Shown in pieces: positions 38,501 through 47,017 of a stretch of DNA of 59,476 nt. The DNA is from an uncultured Gemmatimonadota bacterium (lineage in GTDB: Bacteria; Gemmatimonadota; Gemmatimonadetes; Palauibacterales; Palauibacteraceae). How positions within the stretch are numbered: the stretch's first letter is position 1; the number at the start of each line of letters is the position of its first letter. The notes below the pieces were generated by a model. The model searched no databases, was not told the DNA's origin, and was given only the letters and a program-made list of their open reading frames with translations. Both the position numbers and the translations under genes were made by a program. The stretch lies in NCBI GenBank assembly GCA_964613475.1, contig CAZTGV010000001.1, forward strand, positions 1-59,476, in the 5' to 3' direction.

Positions 38501-39086
38501 GGAGTACGAGGAGGAGAAGGAGCGGCTGGACTTCCTCCTCGCCCAGCGCGAGGACCTGGTCGAGGCGCGCGACGACCTGCGGGACTCGATCCGGCGGATC
38601 AACCGGACCGCCGCCGACGCGTTCGAGGCCACCTTCGACCAGGTGCGGGAGAACTTCCGGCGCACCTTCCGGACCCTGTTCGAGGGCGGCGAGTGCGACC
38701 TGTGGCTCGAGGATCCCGAGGACCCGCTCGACTCGGCGATCGAGATCTCCGCCAGCCCGCGAGGCAAGCGGACGCAGCGCATCCACCTCCTGTCGGGTGG
38801 GGAGCGCGCCCTCACCGCGCTCGCCCTGCTGTTCGCGATCTATCTCGCCAAGCCGAGCCCCTTCTGCCTGCTGGACGAGGTGGACGCCCCCCTGGACGAG
38901 ACGAACGTCCTCCGCTTCGTCCGCATGTTGGAGCGCTTCAAATCGGACACCCAGTTCATCGTGATCACGCACAACCCGCGCACCATCGAGGCGGCGGACT
39001 GGATCTACGGGGTGACGATGCAGGAGCCCGGCGTCTCCTCGATCGTCGGCGTGACCTTCGACGAGATGGCCGGGCAGGTCGCGTGA
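35553..39086 (+). CDS. smc: Chromosome segregation protein SMC
   Basis: LHGFKSF, VGPNGCGKSN, long coiled coils, hinge, LLSGGERAL, LLDEVDAPLD, VITH; GTGA overlap with the upstream gene. Confidence 0.97.
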   Translation: MRIKSLTLHGFKSFADRTEIDLHEGITAVVGPNGCGKSNISDALRWVLGEQRPTAIRGSRMEEAIFGGTAERRPIHRAEVSLALSNEDGTLSLPYSEVVIGRTVHRGGESDYALNGASCRLKDIQDLCRDTGLGANAYAVIENRMIDAILSDRAEERRALFEEAAEIGRYKDRRRTALRRLEQAEADVQRLDDVLGEVQSKVRSLAAQRGRADRYRRLRDRRLQLEVACADARLERTARALERAEEELEALRDRRPGEETALRTAETEAEALRVRLAERERERSAAARRLEESRRAVEARERERLVAEERAAAARERIAAIDAERERLALRRAEVEAEGERAEKAAEAATAAVAERAERSEGLAEEAERLDARRRSAAEGEAAARARLEEAERALGRLRAEREAAEDRLAERSEELASRREAARELEAAESELRETEAEAAAREADAAAGVDASEARVEAAREALEARRAEARTLRDRLAEAEGTLSSLRARQSSLESFLASGGALPPVVRALLEEGAGGARLHGVLADAIRAPADLATAVEAHLGAYLHAILVEGWRDVERLRAWLRTREGEDGLLLLPLDPGPAGPGTPPPASGRSLLDAVEVQGRGADWARSLLGDVALAEAGAPPERGAWVRADGVGQDARGAVRLGRPGGGRGALRPRAELEALRDRTAEAAAARERLRGELEAAEARAAEAEAAALARERELEEAARARRDAAAEREAAEARRERLAAERREAARRIETLEDARASVRGRAEEEDARLAELKAAREAAEAALAEARAAAEAAREAWEAARDRLHDLQLEAARAEADVRAASDARRRAARALEELDARARRLAEERRGQEEAVQRGRAALETGEEELDRLLEAHAQTEGEMRAAERRLDEGRAELDEREAALREARRTEREHAERRHALELEVAELRAARASVRERLETEWDATLEELRPRVEPPEPEAGGSEAWEEELEDVRRGLARLGPVNLLAEEEYEEEKERLDFLLAQREDLVEARDDLRDSIRRINRTAADAFEATFDQVRENFRRTFRTLFEGGECDLWLEDPEDPLDSAIEISASPRGKRTQRIHLLSGGERALTALALLFAIYLAKPSPFCLLDEVDAPLDETNVLRFVRMLERFKSDTQFIVITHNPRTIEAADWIYGVTMQEPGVSSIVGVTFDEMAGQVA

Positions 39087-39195
39087 GCACTCGTCGGCCC
39101 GCCGCCGGCCCTCGCGTGCGCCGCCGCGACGTCGTCCCGGCCTCGCGCGCGGGCGGCTCGCGTTCGCCTCGGCGCGCGACGGCGTTGAGCCCGCG

Positions 39196-39969
39196 ATGAC
39201 GCTGCGCCTCACCGTGGTGGGGAGCGGGACGGTGGTGCCGGAGGGCGACCGCGGCGGCGCCTGTCATTTCCTGGAGGCCGGGGAGCGGCGGATCCTTCTG
39301 GACTGCGGGCCGGGCGCGGTGCAGGGGCTGGCGCGGCTGGGGCTCCCGTGGGCGGAGCTCACGGACCTGGCGATCACGCACTTCCACGCGGACCACGTGG
39401 GGGCGCTCCCCGGGCTCTTCTTCGGCCTCCGGCACGGGATCTTTCCGGCGCGAGAGGCGCCCCTGGACGTCTGGGGGCCGCCGGGCACGGCACGGCTGTT
39501 CGAGCGGCTGGCGGACGCCCTGGGCGAGTTCCTGCTCGACCCGGGATTCCCGGTGAAGGTGAACGAGCTCGCGCCGCACGGCGACGCGGCGCCGGGGCGG
39601 AGCGTCCTGCTCCGCAGCCGTCCCACGCCGCACACGGACGAGAGCCAGGCGCTGCGCCTGGAGGCTCCGGAAGGATCCGTCGGCTACACGGGGGACACGG
39701 GACCCGACGAGGGGCTGGGCGCGTTCTTCGAGGGCGTGGACATCCTCCTGTCGGAGTGCTCGCTCCGCGACGAGGAGGTGGGGGACAACCACCTGTCGCC
39801 CGGACGGGTGGCCCGGCTGGCGAGCGCGGCCCGGCCCGGCGTGCTCGTCCTCACGCACGTCTACCCGCACGTGCGCGCGCAGGCGGACCCGGTGCGGCTG
39901 GTCCGCGAGGCCGGCTACGCCGAGGGAGAGGTGGAGCTGGCGTTCGACGGGTGGAGCCGCACGCTGTGA
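39196..39969 (+). CDS. MBL-fold metallohydrolase, RNase Z/BN-like
   Basis: VVGSG, LLDCGPG, ITHFHADH (HxHxDH), YTGDT, SECS, HL, LTHVYP. Confidence 0.85.
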   Translation: MTLRLTVVGSGTVVPEGDRGGACHFLEAGERRILLDCGPGAVQGLARLGLPWAELTDLAITHFHADHVGALPGLFFGLRHGIFPAREAPLDVWGPPGTARLFERLADALGEFLLDPGFPVKVNELAPHGDAAPGRSVLLRSRPTPHTDESQALRLEAPEGSVGYTGDTGPDEGLGAFFEGVDILLSECSLRDEEVGDNHLSPGRVARLASAARPGVLVLTHVYPHVRAQADPVRLVREAGYAEGEVELAFDGWSRTL

Positions 39970-40074
39970 AGGCGGGCTGAAGCCCGTTTGTTGACGAAGG
40001 CCCCAGCCTCCCAGAGCTTTGCGGGACCTGGCGCACCGCGGATCGCCTCGAACCGATGCGGATGAAGGGGACCT

Positions 40075-41142
40075 ATGCTCGTCGTGATGAAGCACGACGC
40101 TAGCCCGGAGCACATCGAGGGTGTGGTGCGCACCATCCAGGCGATGGGCTATCGGGCCGAGCCGATTCCCGGCAAGCAGCGGACGGCCGTGGGGCTGGTC
40201 GGCAACGACGGCCGCGTCGACGCGGACCGCCTCGTCTCGCTGGACGGCGTCCTCCGGGTCATCCACGTCTCCCAGCCCTACAAGCAGGTGAGCCGCGAAT
40301 GGCGGCCGGACGACACGGTGTTCGATCTGCCGAACGGCGTCCGGGTGGGCGGCCCGGACGTGGTCGTCATGGCCGGTCCCTGCGCGGTGGAATCCGAGGA
40401 GCAGATCCTCCGGACCGCGCGGCGCGTGGCCGCCGCGGGCGCGGTGCTCCTGCGTGGCGGCGCCTTCAAGCCGCGCACGTCCCCCTACTCGTTCCAGGGG
40501 CTCGGCGAGGAGGGCCTGCGCCTCCTGGCGCTCGCCCGCGAGGAGACCGGGCTGGCGATCGTGACCGAGGCGCTGGATCCCGAGGCGGTCGAGCTGGTCG
40601 CCGAGTACGCCGACGTCATCCAGATCGGCGCCCGGAACATGCAGAACTACTCGCTCCTCCGGGCCGCGGGACGGGCCGGGAAGCCGGTCCTGCTGAAGCG
40701 CGGCATGTCCGCCACGGTGAAGGAGCTGCTCCTGGCGGCCGAGTACATCGTGCTCGAGGGGGAGCCGCGCGTCATCCTGTGCGAGCGGGGGGTTCGCAGC
40801 TTCGACGACCACGCGCGGAACCTGCTCGACCTCACGGCGGTGGCTACCGTGCAGGAGCTCTCGCACCTGCCGATCATCGCGGATCCGAGCCACGGGACGG
40901 GGGCGCGGCAGAAGGTGCCGCCCATGGCGCGCGCCGCGGTCGCCGCCGGCGCCGACGGGATCATGGTGGAAGTGCATCCGGATCCGGCGAGCGCCGTCTC
41001 CGACGGCGCCCAATCCCTCACTCCCGACGCGTTCGCCGAGCTGATGGGGCAGCTCCGCACCATCGCGGGCACCATCGGCCGCTCGCTGGCGGAGCTCCCC
41101 CCGGCGCGCGCGCGACGGCCGCGCCAGGCCGTCGGCGGCTGA
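40075..41142 (+). CDS. aroF: 3-deoxy-7-phosphoheptulonate (DAHP) synthase, class I-beta with N-terminal regulatory domain
   Basis: AGPCAVES, RGGAFKPRTSPYSFQGLG, QIGARNMQN, LKRG, CERG, DPSHGTG, EVHPDP. Confidence 0.96.
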   Translation: MLVVMKHDASPEHIEGVVRTIQAMGYRAEPIPGKQRTAVGLVGNDGRVDADRLVSLDGVLRVIHVSQPYKQVSREWRPDDTVFDLPNGVRVGGPDVVVMAGPCAVESEEQILRTARRVAAAGAVLLRGGAFKPRTSPYSFQGLGEEGLRLLALAREETGLAIVTEALDPEAVELVAEYADVIQIGARNMQNYSLLRAAGRAGKPVLLKRGMSATVKELLLAAEYIVLEGEPRVILCERGVRSFDDHARNLLDLTAVATVQELSHLPIIADPSHGTGARQKVPPMARAAVAAGADGIMVEVHPDPASAVSDGAQSLTPDAFAELMGQLRTIAGTIGRSLAELPPARARRPRQAVGG

Positions 41143-41161
41143 CCCCGGCGGCCGACCCGTC

Positions 41162-41524
41162 GATCGGAGGGCGCGCGGCCACCGCGGCGAGGCGCTCGCC
41201 GAGAGCCATCTCCGGCGGACCGGTCTGCGCATCCTGGACCGGAACTGGCGGGCCGGCCGCCGCGAGCTGGACCTGGTGGCGGGCGAGGGCGATGTCGTGG
41301 CCTTCGTGGAGGTGAAGGCACGCGGCCCGGGCCCCCAGGACCCGCTCGAATCCTTGGGCCCGGCGAAGCGGCGGGACCTCCGCCGCGCCGCGGCGGCGTG
41401 GATCCGGGCGCATCCCGGCGTCGGAGGGGAGTTCCGCTTCGACGTGGTCGCCGTCCGCTTCGCCCCCGGCCGGGCCCCCGAGATCGAGCATGTCCGGAAC
41501 GCGTTCTACGGGGATGACGTATAG
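41162..41524 (+). pseudogene. yraN: YraN (UPF0102) PD-(D/E)XK family protein with no in-frame canonical start; possibly frameshifted
   Basis: GHRGEALAESHL..RILDRNWR..ELDLV..VAFVEVK..RFDVVAV. No ATG/GTG/TTG in frame between TGA41042-41044 and GTG41276, which lies inside the conserved domain. Confidence 0.75.
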
Positions 41525-41584
41525 AGGAGGTGGATCCTCGAGGGGCCGTCGGCCGGCACGGCGGTCGGTCGGGGAGGGGGGCGG

Positions 41585-41614
41585 TTGCCCACACGTCCTC
41601 CCGAGGGCTATCCT
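41585..41614 (+). promoter_or_regulatory. Putative sigma70 promoter of SRP RNA
   Basis: TTGCCC (41585-41590), 18-nt spacer, TATCCT (41609-41614), a few nt before the RNA terminal stem. Confidence 0.65.
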
Positions 41615-41617
41615 GAG

Positions 41618-41718
41618 GATGCCCCAGGCCCGTGGGGCCGGAGCGCGTGAATCCCGTCAGGACCGTGAAGGTAGCAGCGGTAAGCGCGTGAAGGTCGCCA
41701 CGATCAGCCTGGGGCGTT
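41618..41718 (+). ncRNA. ffs: Signal recognition particle RNA (small bacterial 4.5S)
   Basis: Domain IV GTCAGGACC-GTGAA-GGTAGCAGC; terminal stem GATGCCCCAGGC/GCCTGGGGCGTT; upstream of dnaX-ybaB-recR. Confidence 0.92.
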
Positions 41719-41923
41719 TTCGTGTCCATTCGCCCGTCGTCTTGGCCGCGGCTCCGCCCCGCGTCCCGGCTGCCGCCGTTCCGGCGTCCCGGGCTCCCGA
41801 TCCACCCCCTCGGCGCATCGACGCGGCCGGCGCGATCCGTTAGTTTCGAGCGCGCCACGGCGCCCCGCCGGGCGCTTCGAGCCGACCGCCGAACCGACGC
41901 CGAACCCGATCCTAGAGGACGTC

Positions 41924-43663
41924 GTGCCCATGCACCGAACCGCCCTGGCCCGTACCCACCGTCCGCGTCGTTTCGAGGAGATGGTGGGCCAGGAGGCGGT
42001 CAGCCGGACGCTCCGGGCGGCGATCGAGGGCGGGCGGGTCGCGCACGCCTACCTGTTCTGCGGCCCTCGCGGGGTGGGGAAGACGACGGCCGCCCGCATC
42101 CTGGCCATGGCGCTCAATTGCCCGAACGCGGAGGCCGGAGAGCCGTGCGGTCGCTGCGATTCCTGCGAGCGGATCTGGTCCGGGCGCGCGAACCTCGATG
42201 TGGTCGAGATCGACGCGGCCAGCCACCGCGGGGTGGACGACGCCCGCGACCTGCGGGAGCGGGCCATGTACGCGCCGACCGCCGAGGACCGGTGGAAGGT
42301 CTACATCGTGGACGAGGCGCACATGCTCACCCGAGACGCGTGGAACGCCCTCCTGAAGATCCTGGAGGAGCCGCCCCCGCGGGTGATCTTCGCCTTCGCG
42401 ACCACCGAGCCCCAGAAGATCGAGCAGCAGGCCGCGCCGGTCCTCTCCCGCTGCCAGCGCTTCGACTTCCGGCGCGTCTCCGTGCCGGACATCGTCGCCC
42501 GCCTGCGCCAGGTGCTCGAGGCGGAGGGCGTCGAGGCGGACGAGGCCGGCCTGGTGGGGATCGCCCGGCGGGCGGACGGGGGGGTTCGCGACGCCCTCTC
42601 CCTCCTGGACCAGGTGCTCTCGTTCACGGGCGACCGGGTGGAAGCGGAGGACGTGCGCCGGATGCTCGGGCTGGTGGAGGAGGAGCGCTATCTGGAGCTC
42701 CTGGAGGCGCTGGCGCGGCGCGACCGCGCCGCCGTGTTCCCCTTCGTGCAGGCGCTGCTGGACGCGGGCCACGACCCGGCGGAGTTCGTCCGTGGGCTGG
42801 CCGACGTCCTTCGGCTCTGCCTCGTCCTGCGGGCGGATCCCGAGGCGCGCCCCGAGGAGCTGCCGGCCGAGTCCCGCGAGCGGTTCGCGGAGGCGGCGTC
42901 CCGCTTCTCCGAGGAGGACCTGCTCCGGCTCCTGTTCGCGGTCGGCGACTTCGAGGCCTCCGGCCGGTTCCGGCGGAGCGCGCACCCGCGCATCCACCTC
43001 GAGCTGCTCCTGCTGCGCCTGGCGACCATGGACACGGCGGTGTCGCTCGAAGAGCTGCTGGCGGCGGCGGGCGGCGCGCCCCCCGCGCCCGGGCCGGGTG
43101 GTGGCGGAGGGGACGGCGGCAAGCGCGCCGGCGGGGACCGACCGCCCCCGAGGCGCGCCGGGCCCGAGGGTGCTTCGGCGGAGGGTTCGCCCGCGGGGAA
43201 GGCCCCGCGGGAGGGGGCGTCCAAGCGGGACGCCCGCCCGGCGGACGCGCCCCCGGCCGATGCCGACGGCGCGGCCGAGGATGCCCGGGCCTCGGAGTGG
43301 CTCCGCGCGTGGCGCGGGGCGCTGTCCGAGGCGAAGGGGCTGGGCGGCCAGAGGGTCGCGCTCCGGGGCGCCCGCGTGGAGGCCCTCCGCGGCGACGTGC
43401 TGCACCTCCGTGTGCCGCCGGGGCTGGTCGACGACCTGCGCGGCTTCCTGGAGGACCGGCGCCGTTCCGCGTCCCTCCGGGAGCGGCTCGCGTCCCGGCT
43501 CGGCGTGGATCCGGAGCGGCTGGCGCTGAAGGTGGCGGGGACGGGCGCCTCGCCCCGTATGACCGCGGAGGAGGCGCGCGAGCAGCGGCTGGCGGAGCTC
43601 ACCGCCCTGGACCCCCGGCTTCGGGACGCGGTAGAAGCACTCGACCTCACGATCAAGGAGTGA
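41924..43663 (+). CDS. dnaX: DNA polymerase III subunit gamma/tau
   Basis: LARTHRP..F..MVGQE, AYLFCGPRGVGKTT, EIDAASHRGVDD, DEAHML, LLKILEEPP, SRCQRFDF. Start GTG41924 or ATG41930. Confidence 0.97.
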   Translation: MPMHRTALARTHRPRRFEEMVGQEAVSRTLRAAIEGGRVAHAYLFCGPRGVGKTTAARILAMALNCPNAEAGEPCGRCDSCERIWSGRANLDVVEIDAASHRGVDDARDLRERAMYAPTAEDRWKVYIVDEAHMLTRDAWNALLKILEEPPPRVIFAFATTEPQKIEQQAAPVLSRCQRFDFRRVSVPDIVARLRQVLEAEGVEADEAGLVGIARRADGGVRDALSLLDQVLSFTGDRVEAEDVRRMLGLVEEERYLELLEALARRDRAAVFPFVQALLDAGHDPAEFVRGLADVLRLCLVLRADPEARPEELPAESRERFAEAASRFSEEDLLRLLFAVGDFEASGRFRRSAHPRIHLELLLLRLATMDTAVSLEELLAAAGGAPPAPGPGGGGGDGGKRAGGDRPPPRRAGPEGASAEGSPAGKAPREGASKRDARPADAPPADADGAAEDARASEWLRAWRGALSEAKGLGGQRVALRGARVEALRGDVLHLRVPPGLVDDLRGFLEDRRRSASLRERLASRLGVDPERLALKVAGTGASPRMTAEEAREQRLAELTALDPRLRDAVEALDLTIKE

Positions 43664-43668
43664 GCGGC

Positions 43669-44013
43669 GTGGACAACCTCAACAGCCTGCAGCAGCTCTT
43701 CCAGCTCAGCCAGCAGGTGCAGTCCCGGATGTCGGACCTGCAGCGGCGCCTGGAGGAGGAGACGTTCACGGCCCGCGCCGGCGGCGGCATGGTCGAGGTG
43801 ACGGCGGACGGCCGCGGCAACGTGCGTCGGGTGAAGCTGGACCCCTCCGTGGTCGACCCGCAGGACGTCGAGATGCTCGAGGATCTCATCCTGGCCGCGG
43901 TGAGCGAGGTGCAGCGCCGGGCGCGGGAGAAGTTGGAAGAGGAGATGAAGCAGGCCACGGGAGGCCTTCCGATCGGCAATCTCGGCAACCTCTCCGGGCT
44001 GTTCGGGGGCTGA
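43669..44013 (+). CDS. ybaB: Nucleoid-associated protein YbaB/EbfC
   Basis: AGGGMVEVTADG, DVEMLEDLILAA; AAGGAG RBS. Alternative start GTG43660. Confidence 0.93.
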   Translation: MDNLNSLQQLFQLSQQVQSRMSDLQRRLEEETFTARAGGGMVEVTADGRGNVRRVKLDPSVVDPQDVEMLEDLILAAVSEVQRRAREKLEEEMKQATGGLPIGNLGNLSGLFGG

Positions 44014-44055
44014 GCGCCGGGCGTCGCCGAGCCGGATCGGGAGGAGCCCGCGCCA

Positions 44056-44643
44056 ATGGGGGCGATCGAAGAGCTGATCGGCGAGTTCGCCCGGCTGCCG
44101 GGCGTGGGCCGGAAGACGGCCCAGCGGCTCGCGTATCACCTCCTGAAACGTACGCCTGAGGAATCGCTGCGACTGGCCCGGGCGATCCAGCGGGTGGTCG
44201 AGGAGGTGGCGGTCTGCTCCCGGTGCGGGAACCTGAGCGATCTGGATCCGTGCGAGTTCTGTCGGAACCCGCGGCGGAACCCCGCCCTGCTGTGCGTGGT
44301 GGAGGAGGCGTCCGACATCGCGGCGATCGAGAAGTCGGGTCACTTCTCCGGCCTCTACCACGTCCTCGGGGGACGGCTCTCCCCCCTGGACGGCGTGGGG
44401 CCGGACGACCTGAACATCTCGAGCCTGATGCGTCGGTTGCGCGACGGCGTCGAGGAAGTGATCGTCGCCACCAACCCGAGCGTGGAGGGAGAGGCGACGG
44501 CCACCTACCTGCACCGTCTGGTGCGGGACGTGGGGGGAGTCCGCGTGACCCGCCTGGCGCGCGGTCTCCCCGTGGGCGGAGACCTGGAGTACGCCGATGG
44601 GGTCACGATCGCGGAGGCGTTCTCGGGCCGACGGGAGATGTAG
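44056..44643 (+). CDS. recR: Recombination mediator RecR
   Basis: LPGVGRKTAQRLA, C4 zinc finger CSRCGN..CEFC, YHVLGG, TNPSVEGEATA, LPVGGDLEYAD. Confidence 0.97.
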   Translation: MGAIEELIGEFARLPGVGRKTAQRLAYHLLKRTPEESLRLARAIQRVVEEVAVCSRCGNLSDLDPCEFCRNPRRNPALLCVVEEASDIAAIEKSGHFSGLYHVLGGRLSPLDGVGPDDLNISSLMRRLRDGVEEVIVATNPSVEGEATATYLHRLVRDVGGVRVTRLARGLPVGGDLEYADGVTIAEAFSGRREM

Positions 44644-44690
44644 CGTTCGGGCCGCGTGGCAGAGGAAGAGGAGCGGAGAGAGGGAGCGGG

Positions 44691-45092
44691 ATGGCCCTGA
44701 AGATCTCGATCGCGGACAAGCTGCCGTTGCCGGAGGCGATCGCCGGCGGTGAGCGTCCCTTCGCCGGAGGCGGGGGCCGGATCCCCAAGGCCGTGAAGAT
44801 CGTCGGATTCGGCCTCCTGGGCGCCGCGGCGCTCACCGTCCTCGGCGTTTTCTTCGCCCGGGATCAGATGGTGCGGCACCGTCGGGAGCTGTTCAGTCCC
44901 CAGCCGCTGCGCCGTCTCGCGGCGCTCGCCTACCTGCGATCGCGGCCGCAGATCGACAACGTCCTCCTCCTGCGGGACTACCTGGCCTGGGAGGATCGGC
45001 CGCTCCTCCGCAAACGCGCCGCCACGATCCTGGAAGAGATGGAGGCGAGCGTGGCGGAGGAGGAGGCGTCGGGGCTCCAGACCGGCGCCTGA
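44691..45092 (+). CDS. Hypothetical single-TM protein
   Basis: RBS-like AGGGAG before ATG44691; TM IVGFGLLGAAALTVLGVFFA; RRELFSPQPLRRLAALAYL..LLRDYLAWE. Confidence 0.8.
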   Translation: MALKISIADKLPLPEAIAGGERPFAGGGGRIPKAVKIVGFGLLGAAALTVLGVFFARDQMVRHRRELFSPQPLRRLAALAYLRSRPQIDNVLLLRDYLAWEDRPLLRKRAATILEEMEASVAEEEASGLQTGA

Positions 45093-45118
45093 CCCGCCCC
45101 GGGGGAGGAACCGCCTTC

Positions 45119-45754
45119 TTGCGACCCAACCTCCCGAACCTGATCACGGCGGGCCGCGTGCTGGCGGCCCCCCTCGTCGCCTGGCTGCTCCTCGATCCAC
45201 GCCCCGGCCCTCGACTCGCCGCCTTCGGGCTCTTCGTGGCCGCGGCGGTCTCCGACCTGTGGGACGGCTACCTGGCACGCTCCCGGGGAGAGGTCACCTC
45301 CTTCGGCAAGATCGTGGATCCGCTCGCCGACAAGCTGCTCCTCCTCACCTCGCTCGTTCCCCTCTACCTGCTCACCGCGCGCGAGCCCGCGCTGGCGGGG
45401 CTTCCGCTCTTCGACCGGATCCCGCTGTGGGCGGTCATCGTCCTCCTCGGGCGCGAGGCGGTGATCACGGTGCTCCGCTTCGGCGCGGCCCGCCGCGGGA
45501 AGGTGGTTGGCGCCCGGTGGCTCGGGAAGCGGAAGACGCTAGCGCAAAACATCTTCATCGGCGCGGCCATCCTCTGGGTCGCGTTCCGCACCGGCGGGAT
45601 CGGCGAGCCGGCGGTCGGCTTCTGGGCGTTCTTCCGCGGCCTGCACGGCTGGTTCACGACCGCGTTCCTCGCGCTCGCGGTGGCGCTCACCCTCATCTCG
45701 CTGGTGACGTACCTGGCGGCGTTCTCGCGGATCTTCGCCCGGAAATACACGTAA
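45119..45754 (+). CDS. pgsA: CDP-alcohol phosphatidyltransferase (PgsA-like)
   Basis: NLPNLITAGR, SDLWDGYLAR..FGKIVDPLADKLL, GREAVIT, GKRKT. Confidence 0.9.
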   Translation: MRPNLPNLITAGRVLAAPLVAWLLLDPRPGPRLAAFGLFVAAAVSDLWDGYLARSRGEVTSFGKIVDPLADKLLLLTSLVPLYLLTAREPALAGLPLFDRIPLWAVIVLLGREAVITVLRFGAARRGKVVGARWLGKRKTLAQNIFIGAAILWVAFRTGGIGEPAVGFWAFFRGLHGWFTTAFLALAVALTLISLVTYLAAFSRIFARKYT

Positions 45755-46291
45755 ATGTCCTCCGGCGAGGCGGGGGTCCCGGCCCGGGCCGTGCTGGACG
45801 GGCTCCGGCGGGCCGGGGCGACCCTCTCCGTGGCCGAGAGCTGCACGGGCGGAGGGCTTGGAGCCGCCCTCACCGCCGTTCCGGGGGCCTCCGACGTGCT
45901 GTGGGGGGGTGTCATCGCCTACCACGACGACGCGAAGCGCCGGCTGCTGGACGTCGATGCCGAGGTGATCGAGCGGCACGGCGCCGTGTCCGAGGCCGTG
46001 GCCCTCGCGATGGCGCGCGGCGTTCGCCGGCGCTCCGGGACCGCCTGGTCCGTCGCGATCACGGGGGTCGCCGGCCCGGGGGGCGGGCGGCCCGGCAAGC
46101 CCGTGGGGACGGTGTGGATCGCGGTCGTCGGCGCGCGGACGGAGGCCCGGGAGCATCGCTTCTCCGGCGACCGGGAGGCGATCCGGCGGGCGTCGGTCGC
46201 GGCGGCCCTGTCGATGCTGTCCGAGGCGACCGCGGTCCGGCGCTTGCGCGCGCCGGGGGAGCCCTCCGAGGATGCGTCCACCCCGGAATGA
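45755..46291 (+). CDS. cinA: CinA C-terminal domain / NMN amidohydrolase (PncC)
   Basis: [46 protein letters not shown]. Confidence 0.92.
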   Translation: MSSGEAGVPARAVLDGLRRAGATLSVAESCTGGGLGAALTAVPGASDVLWGGVIAYHDDAKRRLLDVDAEVIERHGAVSEAVALAMARGVRRRSGTAWSVAITGVAGPGGGRPGKPVGTVWIAVVGARTEAREHRFSGDREAIRRASVAAALSMLSEATAVRRLRAPGEPSEDASTPE

Positions 46292-46315
46292 GGTCGGAGC
46301 GAGCGAGATGAGCCA

Positions 46316-47017
46316 ATGAGCGAGCGAGAGCGCGACGAGCGGCGGAAGGCCGAGGGCGAGGGAGAGCCTCGCGGCCGGGGGCGGAATCCGGAGGAGACTC
46401 CGCGCCCCTCGGTGGATGTCCAGGTCGAGGAGCCTGCCCGGTCGGCGCGGGAGGGAGCGGCCGCGGAGGAAGCCGGGGCGGAAGAAGGGCAGGGGGATGA
46501 AGCGGCCTCCGAGGACCGGCTCGGCGAGGAGCTCCGTCGCGAGGTCGAGGAGCTCGAGGAGCTGCGCGACCGCCATCTCCGGCTGGCGGCCGAGTTCGAG
46601 AACTACCGCAAGCGGACCCGGCAGGAGCTGCTCAAGACCCGCGAGATGGCCCAGGCCGACCTGGTGGGGCGGCTGCTCGATCCGCTGGACGACCTGGCCC
46701 GCGTCTCCTCGATCCCGGCGGATTCGACCAGCGTCGAGGCGCTGCACGAGGGGGTCGCGCTGGTGGAGCGGAAGGTGGCCAAGCTCCTGGAGGAGGCCGG
46801 CCTGGAGCCGGTGGAGGCGGAGGGCCGGCCGTTCGATCCGAACCTGCACGAGGCGCTCGTCACCGTGCCCACCGACGATCCCGAGCAGGACGACATCATC
46901 TCGCGGGTGTTCGTCACCGGGTACCGGTTCGGGGATCGACTGGTCCGCCCGGCCCGGGTGGAGGTCATGAAGTACCGCGCGGGGGAGGGCGAGGCCGAGA
47001 GAGACCGCGCGCGCTGA
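46316..47017 (+). CDS. grpE: Nucleotide exchange factor GrpE
   Basis: [42 protein letters not shown]. Confidence 0.96.
   Translation: MSERERDERRKAEGEGEPRGRGRNPEETPRPSVDVQVEEPARSAREGAAAEEAGAEEGQGDEAASEDRLGEELRREVEELEELRDRHLRLAAEFENYRKRTRQELLKTREMAQADLVGRLLDPLDDLARVSSIPADSTSVEALHEGVALVERKVAKLLEEAGLEPVEAEGRPFDPNLHEALVTVPTDDPEQDDIISRVFVTGYRFGDRLVRPARVEVMKYRAGEGEAERDRAR

Noticed and set aside
41924-43663. Programmed -1 frameshift producing DnaX gamma
   Set aside because: No A-AAA-AAG or poly-A slippery site is visible.
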